Positions 23,621 through 35,752 of a stretch of 64,000 nucleotides of DNA are shown in pieces. Position 1 is the stretch's first letter. Each line of letters begins with the position of its first letter. The DNA comes from Elsinoe ampelina (lineage: Eukaryota). Position numbers and translations under genes: made by a program. The notes beneath the pieces were generated by a model, which searched no databases, was not told where the DNA came from, and saw nothing but the letters and a program-made list of their open reading frames with translations. The stretch covers positions 575,319 to 639,318 of the forward strand of contig ML992512.1 in NCBI GenBank assembly GCA_010093995.1, read 5' to 3'.

Positions 23621-24406
23621 CTACCACAGTGACGATTCTGAACAACCCGTGCAGGTAGTCCAAAACTTCTTCATCCTTTTCCAGCGTGAGGGCGCATCAA
23701 ACGACTGTGTCCAGCGCAAGTGCTCAGTCAATCTCGCGAGTATTTCCTCGTCTGCCACATCGTCGCAGGGAAATCGTGAAGAACCCCACGGGACCTCAGA
23801 CACGCGTTGCCAGACGAAAGTACTTAGCACCCAAAGTTCTTCACTCTAGCCCGGTAGGCGTATACGTTGAAATCGCGTTGCCCCTTGGGTAAAGCAGGCT
23901 CTGCACTCGAAGGTAAGTTTGGGTGGCTTGACTACGTCCTGGAGTGATGCTATAGGACGTCTTCTCTCGATACTGCGGCGAACCTCTGCCTCTGTAGTAT
24001 CTCTAAGGCGCGTTCTCCCGAGTGCAGTCGGTCCAGTAAATTTATACTCCGATTCGACTTCGTGGGTACATGGCATTAGGGCGCCCTCTTGGGCGCAGTG
24101 CATCTCGTCGAGACGTAGTAAGGCGCTCAGAGTCGTCGCCCAAACATGAGCTTGGCTGTATATAGCGCGCGAAGTGCCATTATTGGTTTGGAGCGAGGTG
24201 ACAAATCCGTAGGGTCGATCGTCTACTACGTTGTAGAGACCTCTGTCTGATAGAATGGTAATGGGTCGCCCGCATGGGTCCAAATAAGCGAGATCCTGAA
24301 TAGTAAAAGCATGGTCGAAGAGCTTCGCTGGTAGAGTCCGGTTGGAGAGAGATGGTGCATGCTGGGTGTAGGGTGGAGGAGGAAGATGATCGAGTCTATT
24401 CTCCAT
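23621..24406 (-). pseudogene. Orphan ORF interrupted by one in-frame TAG (or a 186-aa CDS)
   Basis: ORFs 23846-24406 and 23621-23830 share a frame and are separated only by TAG at 23846-23848. Starts MENRLDHLPPPPY. Confidence 0.4.
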
Positions 24407-25020
24407 GGTGATAAAGGGGTTTCTGTTCTCGTGGTCGGAAAGGATGTTACTAGCGTAGCCAGATATTTATGAAGGGGGAAAGTGATGATAAATGGTCTTT
24501 TCTGACTTGGGACAGTTTTCTTGCTTACAGGAAGAGTCAACTCAAACTTGATAAGAGGGAAGCCAGACACACATTTTCTTTTCCTCTAGAAAGGTAGGAA
24601 TCACGTACGACATCTTCCACGCGAATAGTGAAGCCGATGTGAGTTTACCGGGATCGTCAGCTCAGTCACGCCTCAGAAAGGCCAAAATTGTGGGACTGCT
24701 CCAGCATCTGGTCGGAATGTTTGTGCAATAACTACAGTTGAAACAACAAATCTCAAAGTCTGTCATTCGTACTTCAACTATCAAAACTGACGTTCCTCAG
24801 AGACTGGGTACGTTTCGAGGTGTGACTGTGTGCTGGATTGATCAGTCGGGGTCGAGCTCGAGCTCCCGTCGCCGGCAAACAACATCCGCCGGCCTGGCAA
24901 CCACTGGCAGCTCATTACACCATCTGATGATAGATTGCCCCCTCTTCTTTCTCCACATCCTACCAGCATACATATATCTGACCAGCACAACATCTCTCTC
25001 GCAAATCATCGGTTCATTGA

Positions 25021-26799
25021 ATGTATCCAGACATGGTCAAGAATCTCTCCCGCAAGAGCTCGACGGTCTTCCAGTCAGCGATCCAGGACCCGCTCCCACC
25101 ACTTCCGCCGCAAGCAGCTTCATTGAGATCTGGTTTCCACTTCAACGAGATGCCTACAGAGTCAAGAACACAGGTCAGCCAAGAAGAGTTGGACGACATG
25201 TACGAATACATGCGACGTCGTCTCGAACAGAGCCGCATCAACGACTCGGACCGCGCTGCACCAGCTCCTGTCGAGTACCGGAGACAGCTCGAACTCGCGC
25301 ATCAAAGGAGTCACCGATTCCTCCGTGATGAGCAAGCAAGACTTGACGCTCTACTCGAGGATGTCAAGGCACAGCAGATTACCATCCCTACCACTGGCAG
25401 ACAACGAGCCCGCGTGGCTAGCTCGGACCCAGCAGCTTACACCAAGCCTTTCTGCGACTACCTGACCGACAACCCGACCGTCTTCCATGCAGTAGATGCT
25501 GTAGCCAAGGACCTGGAAGAGAATGGCTTTACTAAGCTTTCCGAGCGCAAAGAGTGGGACATCGAGACCGGTGGAAAATACTATGTTGAGCGCAATGGTA
25601 GCAGCTTGATCGCATTTGTTGTTGGATCCAACTATAAGTCCGGAAACGGGGCTGCCATAATTGCTGGCCACGTGGATGCGTTGACTGCGAAGCTGAAGCC
25701 AGTCAGCAACGTGCCAAACAAGGCCGGCTTCACCCAGCTGGGTGTCGCGCCGTATGCTGGCGCTCTGAACAAGACTTGGTGGGACCGCGATCTGGGTATT
25801 GGCGGTCGTGTACTGGTCAGAGAAGGCTCTAAGATTGTTAGCAAGCTCGTCAGGCTCGACCACCCTATCGCTCGCATCCCGACCCTCGCACCTCACTTTG
25901 GCGCTCCCTCTGCCGGGCCTTTCAACCCTGAGACGCAAATGGTGCCTATTATCGGCCTCGAGTCTGCTGACACCAATGCATCTTCCTCGATCAAGCCTGG
26001 TACATTTGCTGCGACTCAGCCTCCGCGCCTTGTCCGCGCCATCGCTCGTGAGCTCGGCATCAGCGAATCAGAGTACCACAACATCGTCAATTGGGAGCTT
26101 GAGCTTTACGACTACCAGCCAGCGACTGTTGGTGGTCTAGACAAGGAATTGATCTTTGCTGGTCGCATCGATGACAAGCTCTGCTCTTGGGCTGCGTACC
26201 AGGCTCTGCTCAACTCTGCTGATCAGTCGTCGTCTGGGATCATCAAAGTAGTCGGACTCTTTGACGATGAGGAGATTGGCTCATTGCTTCGTCAAGGCGC
26301 TCGTGGCAACTTCCTTCCGGCCACGATTGAGCGTGCGGTATCTTCACTCGCAGACCAAGGTTCTGCTGAGCTCCTCGGACGTACCTTCGCCAACTCGTTC
26401 CTGGTCTCATCCGATGTCACTCACGCAGTCAACCCTAACTTCTTGAATGTCTATCTGGAGAACCATGCGCCTCAGCTCAACGTCGGAGTCACTATTTCTG
26501 CCGACTCGAATGGCCACATGACTACCGATGCTGTCAGCACTGCTCTTTTCGAGGAGTGCGCCAAGCGTGTCGGCGCAAAGACACAATTGTTCCAGATCAG
26601 GAACGACAGCAGAAGTGGCGGTACGGTTGGGCCCATGCTAAGCAGTGCTACCGGTGTCAGGGCCATCGATGTCGGTATCCCGCAGCTGAGCATGCACAGT
26701 ATCAGGGCAACAACTGGTAGCCTCGACCCTGGTCTTGGAGTGAAGGCTTTCCAGGGATTCTTGGATCACTTTGAGAGCGTCGACAAGGAATTTGAGTAG
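25021..26799 (+). CDS. APE1: M18-family vacuolar aspartyl aminopeptidase (Ape1/Lap4-like)
   Basis: NPTVFHAV, GHVDAL, WWDRDLGIGG, RIDDKLCS, FDDEEIGS, SSDVTHAVNPNF, QLSMHSIR; long N-terminal propeptide. Confidence 0.93.
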   Translation: MYPDMVKNLSRKSSTVFQSAIQDPLPPLPPQAASLRSGFHFNEMPTESRTQVSQEELDDMYEYMRRRLEQSRINDSDRAAPAPVEYRRQLELAHQRSHRFLRDEQARLDALLEDVKAQQITIPTTGRQRARVASSDPAAYTKPFCDYLTDNPTVFHAVDAVAKDLEENGFTKLSERKEWDIETGGKYYVERNGSSLIAFVVGSNYKSGNGAAIIAGHVDALTAKLKPVSNVPNKAGFTQLGVAPYAGALNKTWWDRDLGIGGRVLVREGSKIVSKLVRLDHPIARIPTLAPHFGAPSAGPFNPETQMVPIIGLESADTNASSSIKPGTFAATQPPRLVRAIARELGISESEYHNIVNWELELYDYQPATVGGLDKELIFAGRIDDKLCSWAAYQALLNSADQSSSGIIKVVGLFDDEEIGSLLRQGARGNFLPATIERAVSSLADQGSAELLGRTFANSFLVSSDVTHAVNPNFLNVYLENHAPQLNVGVTISADSNGHMTTDAVSTALFEECAKRVGAKTQLFQIRNDSRSGGTVGPMLSSATGVRAIDVGIPQLSMHSIRATTGSLDPGLGVKAFQGFLDHFESVDKEFE

Positions 26800-27270
26800 A
26801 TTGTGCGGTGGGACCATTGTACAGGCATGATAGACGACAGCGGGAAGAAGCGTAGCATAGCGTTGTATGAATGCAAGAGAACACATACCAGATTCGAAAA
26901 AACCGCCGGAACCAGTTCATGCAAGTCCTACGGCAATTGTAGACTAGAAAGATCTCATCATCTTCGTTGTGAGATCTTTTGCGGTCCCATCTGAAATTTC
27001 ACCTCGTATGATCGCGAAATGACGGCCAGGTACAAAATTTCATGCACGACCATGTTATGCCGCATTCTGAAGGGAATCCTCTTGACGGTTGCACCACCCA
27101 ATTTGGCCGCATTTTGTGTGTCGGTTCGTTGCTGCACGCAATGAGCTTTCGGAGCACAGGGAACCGGTTTGTTTTACCCTCCCGACACATCAACGGTTGG
27201 CCGAAGCATCTCTTGTTTTTGCCATGTCTGCAGCGAACACAGCGCCAACAATGTGTCGAATTCAACAAGA

Positions 27271-29097
27271 ATGATCGAGGAAGACAGCGGCAGAAGCAGA
27301 CCCCATTTGCAGGGCGGACAGGAGACCAATCGAGATGCGCGTGGCCCTGAGATGGATCCCCGGGAAAGCCAATCAAGGTCATCACAACAACATGTTTCAC
27401 CTTCTTCATCTCGACATATTTCTGGTGTTCAGGAAGTCCAGGCTATACTACATGCCGGACGGAGGAGTTCTGCGCCAATGACAGAGGACGGTGGCAGTCT
27501 GGTTGAGACTGCCCACGATCACAGCAATGGACAAGACATGGCACCTCCTCCGTTGTCGGCCGCGGATTTGAGGAAGCAGAAGCGGTTTACCTTGACGCTA
27601 CCGATCACGACGAACTTCAACCAGTTTGCACCTTCTGGTCCTTCGTCGCCGACGAGGTCTGTCGCGCCGAGTATTGCCCCCTCGGAAGAAGCGACGAGAC
27701 CCACGACGCCCTCGGAGCCAAACTTCCTCACGGCCCTGGCGGCGCAGGAGCGACGGGTGCTCGAATTGAAGGAAGAGCTAGCAAAAGCAGAGCAGGTACT
27801 GCAGAAACTGAAGAAGGAATGGGCCATACATGAAGTACACAAGAAGAGACAGGATATCCGCGAGACTCGAAGGAGTCGCAACCCCAAACATGGCAACCAA
27901 GCAAGCTCGGCGGCGTCGATCAAGTCTCAAGACAGCGACACGCAGTCAGACATGGCTGCTAGGGAAGCGGAGAAGCGAAGAGCGATGCACTACCAGGCCA
28001 AGACAACGCAGCGAAAGGTCTTCTCCGGATCAAAGCATGCTCGGGCCTTGTCTTTGCTCTCGCCGGATCCCCAAGGAGGCGCCTTTCCGACCAACGTGTC
28101 GAGAGAGATTGACTCGGCTGCCACGGCACCTCTGACAGCGCAGGATGGAATCCAGCATGCCGCACCTCGAGCTGTGCCACATCAACGAGTTGTCAGTGGG
28201 GAGATGCAGAGGTCAAAGTCCAATTATGGACCTGACGGCGAGATCGATATTCCTAGGGAGGTTCTCATGCGAGCTGGACGACAGATGGCATCGGACTTCA
28301 AGGATGGACTGTGGACTTTCTTGGAGGATTTGCGTCAGGTGACGGTGGGAGAGGAAGCAGCTACAGAGGCAGGAATGCGGCCGCAACGACCGGATGTCAA
28401 TGTCAGGATGCCACAAGCCAGAGCTAGTCAGGGTGACAAGCGGACCAAAGCTACGACGTCTTCGCCTGGTCGAGTCCAGAAATCGAAAAGAGCGATGCCG
28501 GCTTCGCGACGTGGCAATGGTCAGGTGGAGCATGCAGATGAAGGGTCGCCTAAGGACAGTGCAGTGGGATTCGACGAGCAAGACAGCAACGGGAAAAGTC
28601 TGGTCGACGTTGAAGTGACTGCTTCACCGACTGCGAAGAGGACGCCTAGGAGACGGTCTGTCACGAAGCCAGAGCTACGGAAGTCACCAATGGGACCCGA
28701 TGATGGAGATGCTTGGGACAACTGGGACTCGCCGCAGACTGTACAGAAGGTGTCACAATCCGAGAAAGTGGCTCAGACACGGAACGATGAGGCGGTATCT
28801 TTTGAGCAGAAGTAAGCGGCTTACTCGTGAAATTCTAACTACTCAGCGCTGACTTGTCACAGCGGATCCGAGTTCAAGGACCTCCTGGACGCCGCTAACC
28901 AGGCCAACGAAAGACGAGAACCAATACCGTGGCCGACAATTACGAAATTACCCAGCAAGTTGACAAGGACAGCGAGCCACTTGATGAGCGAGTGGGAGAA
29001 GTCGCTTTCACCACTTCCGGAAACGAAGCACACGCATCAACCTGAAGATCATTACTTTGATGGCATGACGACTGTGACGGTCAAAAAGACTGACTGA
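27271..29097 (+). CDS. DUF4048/Tda11-like coiled-coil protein, 2 exons
   Basis: FLTALAAQERRVLELKEEL, HARALSLLSP, GRQMASDFKDGLWTFLEDLRQVTVGEE. Intron GTAAGC (28811)..CAG (28862), then IPWP..KLTRTASHLMSEWEKSL. Start codon uncertain. Confidence 0.8.
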
Positions 29098-30141
29098 TTG
29101 ATTTTGCATTCGATATGGCATGAGCATTTCAGCGGCGGGCTACAGCGAGGATGTTTTGGACGATTCTTGTAGATACGGAAGGCATGTCGGACACGAATGT
29201 ATGGATCATGCCCCTGCCAGTCTTGTGACCGCTGTTCACATGCTCCTGCTCCTCTGGATCGCAGTAGTGGGGCACTCCAGATAAGCCAAAGGTGTGATGC
29301 AATTGCCCGCTGTCCTTTATTATTTTGTGCTACGCATGAATTGCCATGGAATTGCGTATATGGTAACACATCGAATGAATGTAGTTGACTATTTCCGACA
29401 CAAAAACAGGCACCTGCTTCGTCTGACAGGCTGTCGTGAGCAATGAAATGCCTTGAGCGTCATCTGGCGCCTTTGCTCCTTCCTACCAAGGGCCATTGGC
29501 CATAGCGGCCAGTGCGTACTCCATGATAGCGGAACTCTAAACGCTTGAACCCTCTCCACATGTCCAGTTCACAGAGCAGTTCACAACTTCCCTTCGACCA
29601 ACAGGACATTCATCGACAGTCTGTACTTTATTATTCATCTGTCGCTCATACCAACTGCCAGCAAGCTCAGAATCAGACGGCTAGTTCGACTACCTACAGA
29701 CTACTATTACCTACCAGAAGGCCGACGCCTGGTAGTACCTCCTCTCTTGCCTCTCGCTCACCATCAATCACTATCACGACGTCCACCTTGCTTTTTTCTG
29801 ACCCTCGAGTCTTCGTACAAGCTCCCATATTGGTTACCAGACCAAGCCCCGACCCGCATCGCGACACAACACGCCGTCCAAGTCTCCGGCCTTGACGGCC
29901 CGGTAGACGCTCCCCGGGCAGGCACACAGCCAGCAGGCTGGCCGACGAGATCCCCTCGTCTTCCCTTCCCCTAGCCACCACCGACACACCTGCCAATACC
30001 ACTACACCACCAACGACCGTAAACCGAGGCACCAAACGCCAACGAACCTCCTACCAGCACAGTAGCTCCCCTTCAACTTCCAGCACCGTCCCCCCCTCTA
30101 AGCGGCAGAGGGGCGGCGACTCGGATCCTGCACAACGTAAT

Positions 30142-32261
30142 ATGCGATTAGAAGGACAGACCACCTCGCCTCACAACAACGGGACTGTCTCCAACGGGAG
30201 TCGGTCGAGCAACGGCACCCCGCACAAGGGCGGCCATACGAATGGCTCATCCACGAATGGGGAGAGCAATGGACATGCTGCTGTTGCGGTGAGACCGACG
30301 GGAGACTTTCACGGGCATGATAGGGAAGAGGTGACACGGATACTAATACAGAGCCTTACGGACTTGGGATATCATGGTGCCGCGGGCATGTTGAGCAGGG
30401 AAAGTGGATTTGAGCTCGAAAATACATCGGTTGCAGCTTTCAGATTGGCTGTGCAGGAGGGAGAGTGGAACGAGGCCGAGGGATTACTGTTCGGAAGAAG
30501 ACCCGAGAGCGACGGCGGTGTGGTGCTGAAGGGCAATGGACACACCGGGGATGATCTGAGCTGGCTACGAAGAGGAGGTGCAGTCGGAGATGGACATCTA
30601 CCCGTGCTACCTCTGGCTGAAGGAGCAGACCAGGAAGAGATGCTGTTCTTGATCAGGCAGCAAAAGTACTTGGAGCTTCTAGAGCAAAGAGATCTGGCAA
30701 CTGCATTGTCGGTTCTGAGAAGAGAGATTACGCCTTTGCACCGGGATACAGCACGGTTGCATACCTTGACGAGGTGAGCAGACGAATGGCCGCAATCACG
30801 ACTGGCTGACTGACCTTTGCTTGCAGTCTCATGATGTGTCCGACAGCAGACGAGTTGCGACAATTAGCGAAGTGGGATGGTGCTCATGGTGATTCGAGGA
30901 ACAACTTGTTATCCGATCTCTCATGTAATTTGCTTGACCCTGGAATTGATGCAATACTAACGTGTCACAGCATCAATAGCACCCTCAGTCATGATACCAG
31001 AACACAGGCTGGCTGTCCTCTTCAAGCACGTTCAGGACAATCAAATCTTCGACTGTTTGTACCACAATACCACATCGGTTCCGAGCCTGTACCACGACCA
31101 CGTCTGCGATCGAGACGACTTCCCACTCGAGCAGCTCACGGAACTGCGAGATCACCATGATGAGGTCTGGTTCATTGCATTCTCACCAAAAGGGACATAT
31201 CTCGCGACAGCATCAGCCGATAGCCACGTCTACATCTACAATACTACCAGTTGGCGAATCGTTCACAGACTCAACGAGACCCACACGAATGGCGAAGTTT
31301 CCGGAATAGTGTCAATATCCTGGTCTCCGGATGAGAAATACCTTCTCTCTTGTTCTCGCGGCAATCAACTTACAGTCTACGATATCCAAGACTCGGGTCG
31401 TCGGGTATCGACATATACCAGCTACACGTACCCAGTGACGGCTGCGGCCTGGCTACCAGACGGTCAGCACTTCGTGGTAGGAAGTCAAGACATTGAACGT
31501 GCGCTGGTCCAATACCGACTCGGTGATCTGAGCCCAATGCACGAATATACTACCAGAGAACAGAAGACGCGCATTCACGATCTGGCAGTAAGTGCTAACG
31601 GCGCTCGCATGGTCTCTATCGCGAACGACAAGCGCATCATGACTTGGGATCTGTCGAAGTCTGGTAGGACTTTGCTGTCAGACACTACCATGGATGACGT
31701 CCCGCAGAGTGTTTCGGTGTCTGCAGACGGCAAGCAGATGCTGGTAGGTATGAAGGGTCACAAGCTGTATCTCATGGACACGGATACCGGAGAGTTTGTG
31801 CAGAGCTACTCCGGGCAGGTCACGGATCAGTATGTCATCAGGGCGAGATTTGGCGGCGCTGGCGAGGGATTTGTAATCAGTGGATCCGAAGATTCACGAG
31901 TCGTCATCTGGCGCAAGGAGAGTGCTGTCCAAGTCGTCTCTCTGGATTGCCACGCTCCTGGGCCTGTCAACGCGGTGGCTTGGCACCCTAAAAACTACCA
32001 GATCTTCGCCACGGCCGGAGATGACAGGCGGGTCAAGATGTAAGTACAATCCCGCTGACCTGCAAGTCCTACCAGGGGTGGCAGGCTGGGAGGACCTACA
32101 CGTCTATTCCTACCAGAAATGGCAAGCTGACTGGTAGTTTTAGCTGGGCTTCCGCCAACTTAGCAAAGGCATACGGTTCCGGCCGAAACCCGGCGGCTTC
32201 GCTTTCCTCTGGACCTAGAGGAATCCTCCGCCATGACTCCGATGATGATATGGGACGGTAG
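30142..32261 (+). CDS. GID7: WDR26/Gid7 LisH-CTLH-WD40 subunit of the GID/CTLH ubiquitin ligase, at least 4 exons
   Basis: GHDREEVTRILIQSLTDLGY (LisH), FLIRQQKYLELLE (CTLH), MIPEHRLAVL, WD40 repeats (DEVWFIAFSP, VISGSED, VNAVAWHP). Introns near 30773, 30925 and 32040. The true start may lie upstream. Confidence 0.9.
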
Positions 32262-32315
32262 AATCAAGTGCATAATACCCTCGCAACAGAAATAGGTACT
32301 ACCAGGAACGAGGAC

Positions 32316-33569
32316 ATGAATGGAAACGATGACTCCTCGATTTCCCAAGTGGACCTAGATGACCCTGACTATGAAGGGAGAGCTCCTCTGTCCAGATCAC
32401 CCGTGACACCCGTAGATGGATCCGATGACGTCCGGACAGGCAGAGACTCGCCGCTTTCATGGACGTTCGATACGCCTGAGCCCTTGAACATGGAAGACGC
32501 ATTCGACTCCACCCGTGGTACGTACGTTCGTATTCTCAATCCGCAGGCGCCGGAGTTCCAGATGCGACCAGGAGCGTACGTAGGCGCTGCGTCTCTGTCC
32601 ACATTCGACGAGACCATTAACCCACGCGCCCAAGTCAACCCATACGACACTGCCAGCCCCTTTGACATCTCCAGGCCAGACCACACAAGAACGACTGACG
32701 GAACATTCATCCACTCTCACCCGCATCCGCCGAACTTCTCACGCCCACTCCGGCCTGCATCCCACTCTATCGACAATAGCGTTCTTGGACCTCACGCCTT
32801 TGTCCCACCCACCGACACCGACCAACACAGTCCCGAAGAATCTCGGCCCGACGATCCGCAGTCTCGCAATGACCGAACGATACCTTCCCCACCCATGCAG
32901 CAACGAATAGGCATGTCCCCGCCGTACCAGGCTCGGTTCGCGCAACTACGGGCTATATCTCCACACCGGACTTTGACGCCCGATCGGGCACGGAATAGGG
33001 CTGTGGGAGGGGAACACTCGCCTGCTTCGTCAGGGTTCAGCTTTGAATTTGGGGGTGATGACTCGCGCCTCGTTCGATACGGGACGCCAGACCCCGTTCG
33101 TGAAGAGGACGGGGGTGCGGGAGATGGTGGTGGAGGAAGGGGTGGAGATGCAGTGCGTGGGAGCCGGGTCGGTAGGGTTAGGGCTGATGGAACTGGAGGT
33201 GGAGAGGACGTGGGAGAAAACCGGGAGAGTCGTCTTGTCGTCGGGGGAATGGTGTTTTCTGCGCCGATGGGGAGGGTGCTGAGGGCGTATCTTGAGGGGA
33301 GGGCGGAGGGGGGGAATCAGCAGCAGGACTACGAAGAGCGTGAGATTGTCCAGAGTGGGGCCGGGGAGGGCGAGGATGGGCGGGAGGAGATTGTGGGGGG
33401 CGAGAGCCAAGGGGATGGGGCCGAAGGGGGACAGGCGAGGGGAGAGGTGCAGGGCGCCCGCCATCCGACGACTTTGACGGTCCGTCTTCGCCATGGGAAT
33501 GTGAGATATCTCAGAGTCCCGGGCGGTGTATCTGCGTATTTCTTTGGGCCGCGTGAGGAGAGGCGATAG
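32316..33569 (+). CDS. Low-complexity hypothetical protein (Pro/Ser-rich then Gly/Glu-rich)
   Basis: Open frame of more than 400 codons from ATG 32316; no recognisable domain. Confidence 0.45.
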   Translation: MNGNDDSSISQVDLDDPDYEGRAPLSRSPVTPVDGSDDVRTGRDSPLSWTFDTPEPLNMEDAFDSTRGTYVRILNPQAPEFQMRPGAYVGAASLSTFDETINPRAQVNPYDTASPFDISRPDHTRTTDGTFIHSHPHPPNFSRPLRPASHSIDNSVLGPHAFVPPTDTDQHSPEESRPDDPQSRNDRTIPSPPMQQRIGMSPPYQARFAQLRAISPHRTLTPDRARNRAVGGEHSPASSGFSFEFGGDDSRLVRYGTPDPVREEDGGAGDGGGGRGGDAVRGSRVGRVRADGTGGGEDVGENRESRLVVGGMVFSAPMGRVLRAYLEGRAEGGNQQQDYEEREIVQSGAGEGEDGREEIVGGESQGDGAEGGQARGEVQGARHPTTLTVRLRHGNVRYLRVPGGVSAYFFGPREERR

Positions 33570-33602
33570 GATCGAGGGAGCGCAAGAGCACATAACGAGA
33601 GG

Positions 33603-34706
33603 ATGCCGTTGAGCGAGATCAATCTGGTTGGAGCCAGGCAAGATCAATGGGAGATGGAGAATGATGCTGAGAATCAGCCACCTGCAGAAGCGCACGGGCT
33701 GAGTCGAAACAGCCACGGACGGACGCTCTCGGAGAGGAGGGAGCAGATCGCGGACTGGGAGCAAAGGATTGACGACCTGCAGAGACGACTCGAAGCGCAC
33801 GCGACACAGGACAGGAGCGGTTTCCCAGCAGCACGATCCAGGGATCTGGCCAGATCTCATCATGACCAGTGGCGTGGTGCAGGCAGGGGTCATGGATCAG
33901 GAGCGCGCCCTCCTCCCCCGACCTTCGACCATATCCCAACCATATCAGGACAAGGACACGGCGCCATCGCTTCCTCATCGAGGCACTCACGTCCCGGGGT
34001 CAGCATGCCAGACCGCCCGCGCAACCCAGCCCGCTTTCCCGCCACCATCCCGATCCGCCATCCTAGTCCTGATCCCACCCTCCTCCTCCCTTCAACTACG
34101 ACACCACGCCCAATCCACCTCCCAATCCCATACCCACTCCCCAATGGCTCAATATTACCCCATCCTTCGTCTCCCATCACAACCTCCCTCCCCCTCACAG
34201 CCATCCGTCCAACCCCTCTCCCCCCGGCCACGGACCCGACCCCTCATCCCTGGACTACGCACCCGACCCCTCATCCCTGGACTGCGGACCCGACTACGGA
34301 CCCGACTACGCACCCGACCACGCACCCGACTACGCACCCAAACCCGGATCCGATCTCAGACCCAGCGACAGAATCAGAAAGTCCAGATCGCCCATCCCCG
34401 ACACGGATCCGCGCATACTTGCACTTCAGACGCCAGGCTCAGCTGCAGGAGCGGGGGACGGCAATGCTCCATCTCGGTGTTCTCCGGGGGGACGGGTCGA
34501 TGAGGACGTCGGGACGTCGGAGCGTGACGGTGCGAGGGTTTGCGGAGGCTGAGGGGGAGGGGTGGTTGGGAGAAGATACAGGGGAGGAAGAGGGTGGAGA
34601 GGATGAAGAGGATGAAGAGGAGGGAGGGGAGGGAGGGAGTGACCGTGAGTGGATCGAGGGAGACGACGCTGGGGGAATTCATGCGGCTGGGTGGAGAGGT
34701 GTCTGA
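33603..34706 (+). CDS. Low-complexity hypothetical protein with short coiled coil, Pro/Thr repeats and acidic tail
   Basis: 367-codon ORF; LSERREQIADWEQRIDDLQRRLE looks coiled-coil; internal repeats keep the frame. Confidence 0.45.
   Translation: MPLSEINLVGARQDQWEMENDAENQPPAEAHGLSRNSHGRTLSERREQIADWEQRIDDLQRRLEAHATQDRSGFPAARSRDLARSHHDQWRGAGRGHGSGARPPPPTFDHIPTISGQGHGAIASSSRHSRPGVSMPDRPRNPARFPATIPIRHPSPDPTLLLPSTTTPRPIHLPIPYPLPNGSILPHPSSPITTSLPLTAIRPTPLPPATDPTPHPWTTHPTPHPWTADPTTDPTTHPTTHPTTHPNPDPISDPATESESPDRPSPTRIRAYLHFRRQAQLQERGTAMLHLGVLRGDGSMRTSGRRSVTVRGFAEAEGEGWLGEDTGEEEGGEDEEDEEEGGEGGSDREWIEGDDAGGIHAAGWRGV
34230..34339 (+). repeat. 27-bp duplication followed by 12-bp tandem repeats (ACGSACCCGACY)
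   Basis: acccgacccctcatccctggact occurs twice, followed by about 4 copies of a 12-mer encoding T(D/H)PT. Confidence 0.85.
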
Positions 34707-34879
34707 CGTTGTCCTGGTGAATGGATGGCAAAGTGCAGTGAGGGAGGGGTCGGGGGGAGGGTTTGCTCGAGCTGTCTGTTGGGTCTGCTGCAGGGGAAAT
34801 CCGTGAGTTGCGCTGGACGAGCCCGAGGGCGTGGCTTTCTCTTTTTTCGACTCTTGGAGTGGTGGTGTCGGGTCGGATG

Positions 34880-34959
34880 CTCTCTCGTTTCATGTGGCTC
34901 TCTCGTTTCATGCGGCTCTCTTGTTTCATGCGGCTCTCTCGTTTCATGCGGCTCTCTCG
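34880..34959. repeat. 18-bp minisatellite CTCTCTCGTTTCATGCGG, about 4.4 copies
   Basis: Directly visible tandem units with single substitutions. Confidence 0.92.
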
Positions 34960-35752
34960 GTTCTATACTCTGGACTTTCTCTGCTGGTGTCCTGGAGTGT
35001 ATCTCATCCGGTCTGGTCTCATCATCCCGATCTTCCGAATTGTCGTCGCTGGCGTTGCGTTACTCTGGCTGGTGCCTTGTTCTATCTTCTCGTCTCTCAA
35101 GGCGGAGCTGGGATGAGAAGGGCGGTATTAATGTGAGATACTCGTTTCAGGTAGCCTGGATGGTTCGAAGCAAGGAGTGGAGTACAAGGCTCTATGCTGG
35201 GGGAGAATCTGCTGTTGACATGCGCGGCTGGAGACGGAGCGCAGGTTCGGCAGGGATGGGATGTCGGGTGGTGGTCACTATCGTTGGCGTCTTTGCTTCT
35301 GGTCATAGATGTAGACATTCATTGATGGGTACGGTTCAGCACGGGAGGGGTGTTGAAGGATCCTTTGTGTGCCGGCCGTTGCCTTAGGCACATCATATAT
35401 CGTTACACGTGTCTACGTATCATCCTCGTTATGCTAACGTGTGTGATCATTGCACCAATGTATCGATGAGGCAAAGAAAGGGCGACATTGTTGACTCGCC
35501 CTGCTTGCCCCTTTCCGCTCGTGGGCAGCTCAACGCCTGCGCCTCCAACAGATCGTCATTTGATCGACATGCGCCTCCTGTCCACAAGCCTGCAGTGGCG
35601 AATCGAATCAACCTTGTCTACCTCCAGAGTAACCCCGCAATGCGCCCTATCCATTCCTGATTCCACGCGTGACAGCTTTACGGTTCTTCGATCCATGTTG
35701 CTGACCGCCCAAAACAGCCTCCTCCAATACAAAAGTTCCCCTCTGAAACCGA

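Noticed and set aside
34880..34959. Regular short repeats resembling a CRISPR array
   Set aside because: Head-to-tail minisatellite without spacers in a eukaryotic genome.
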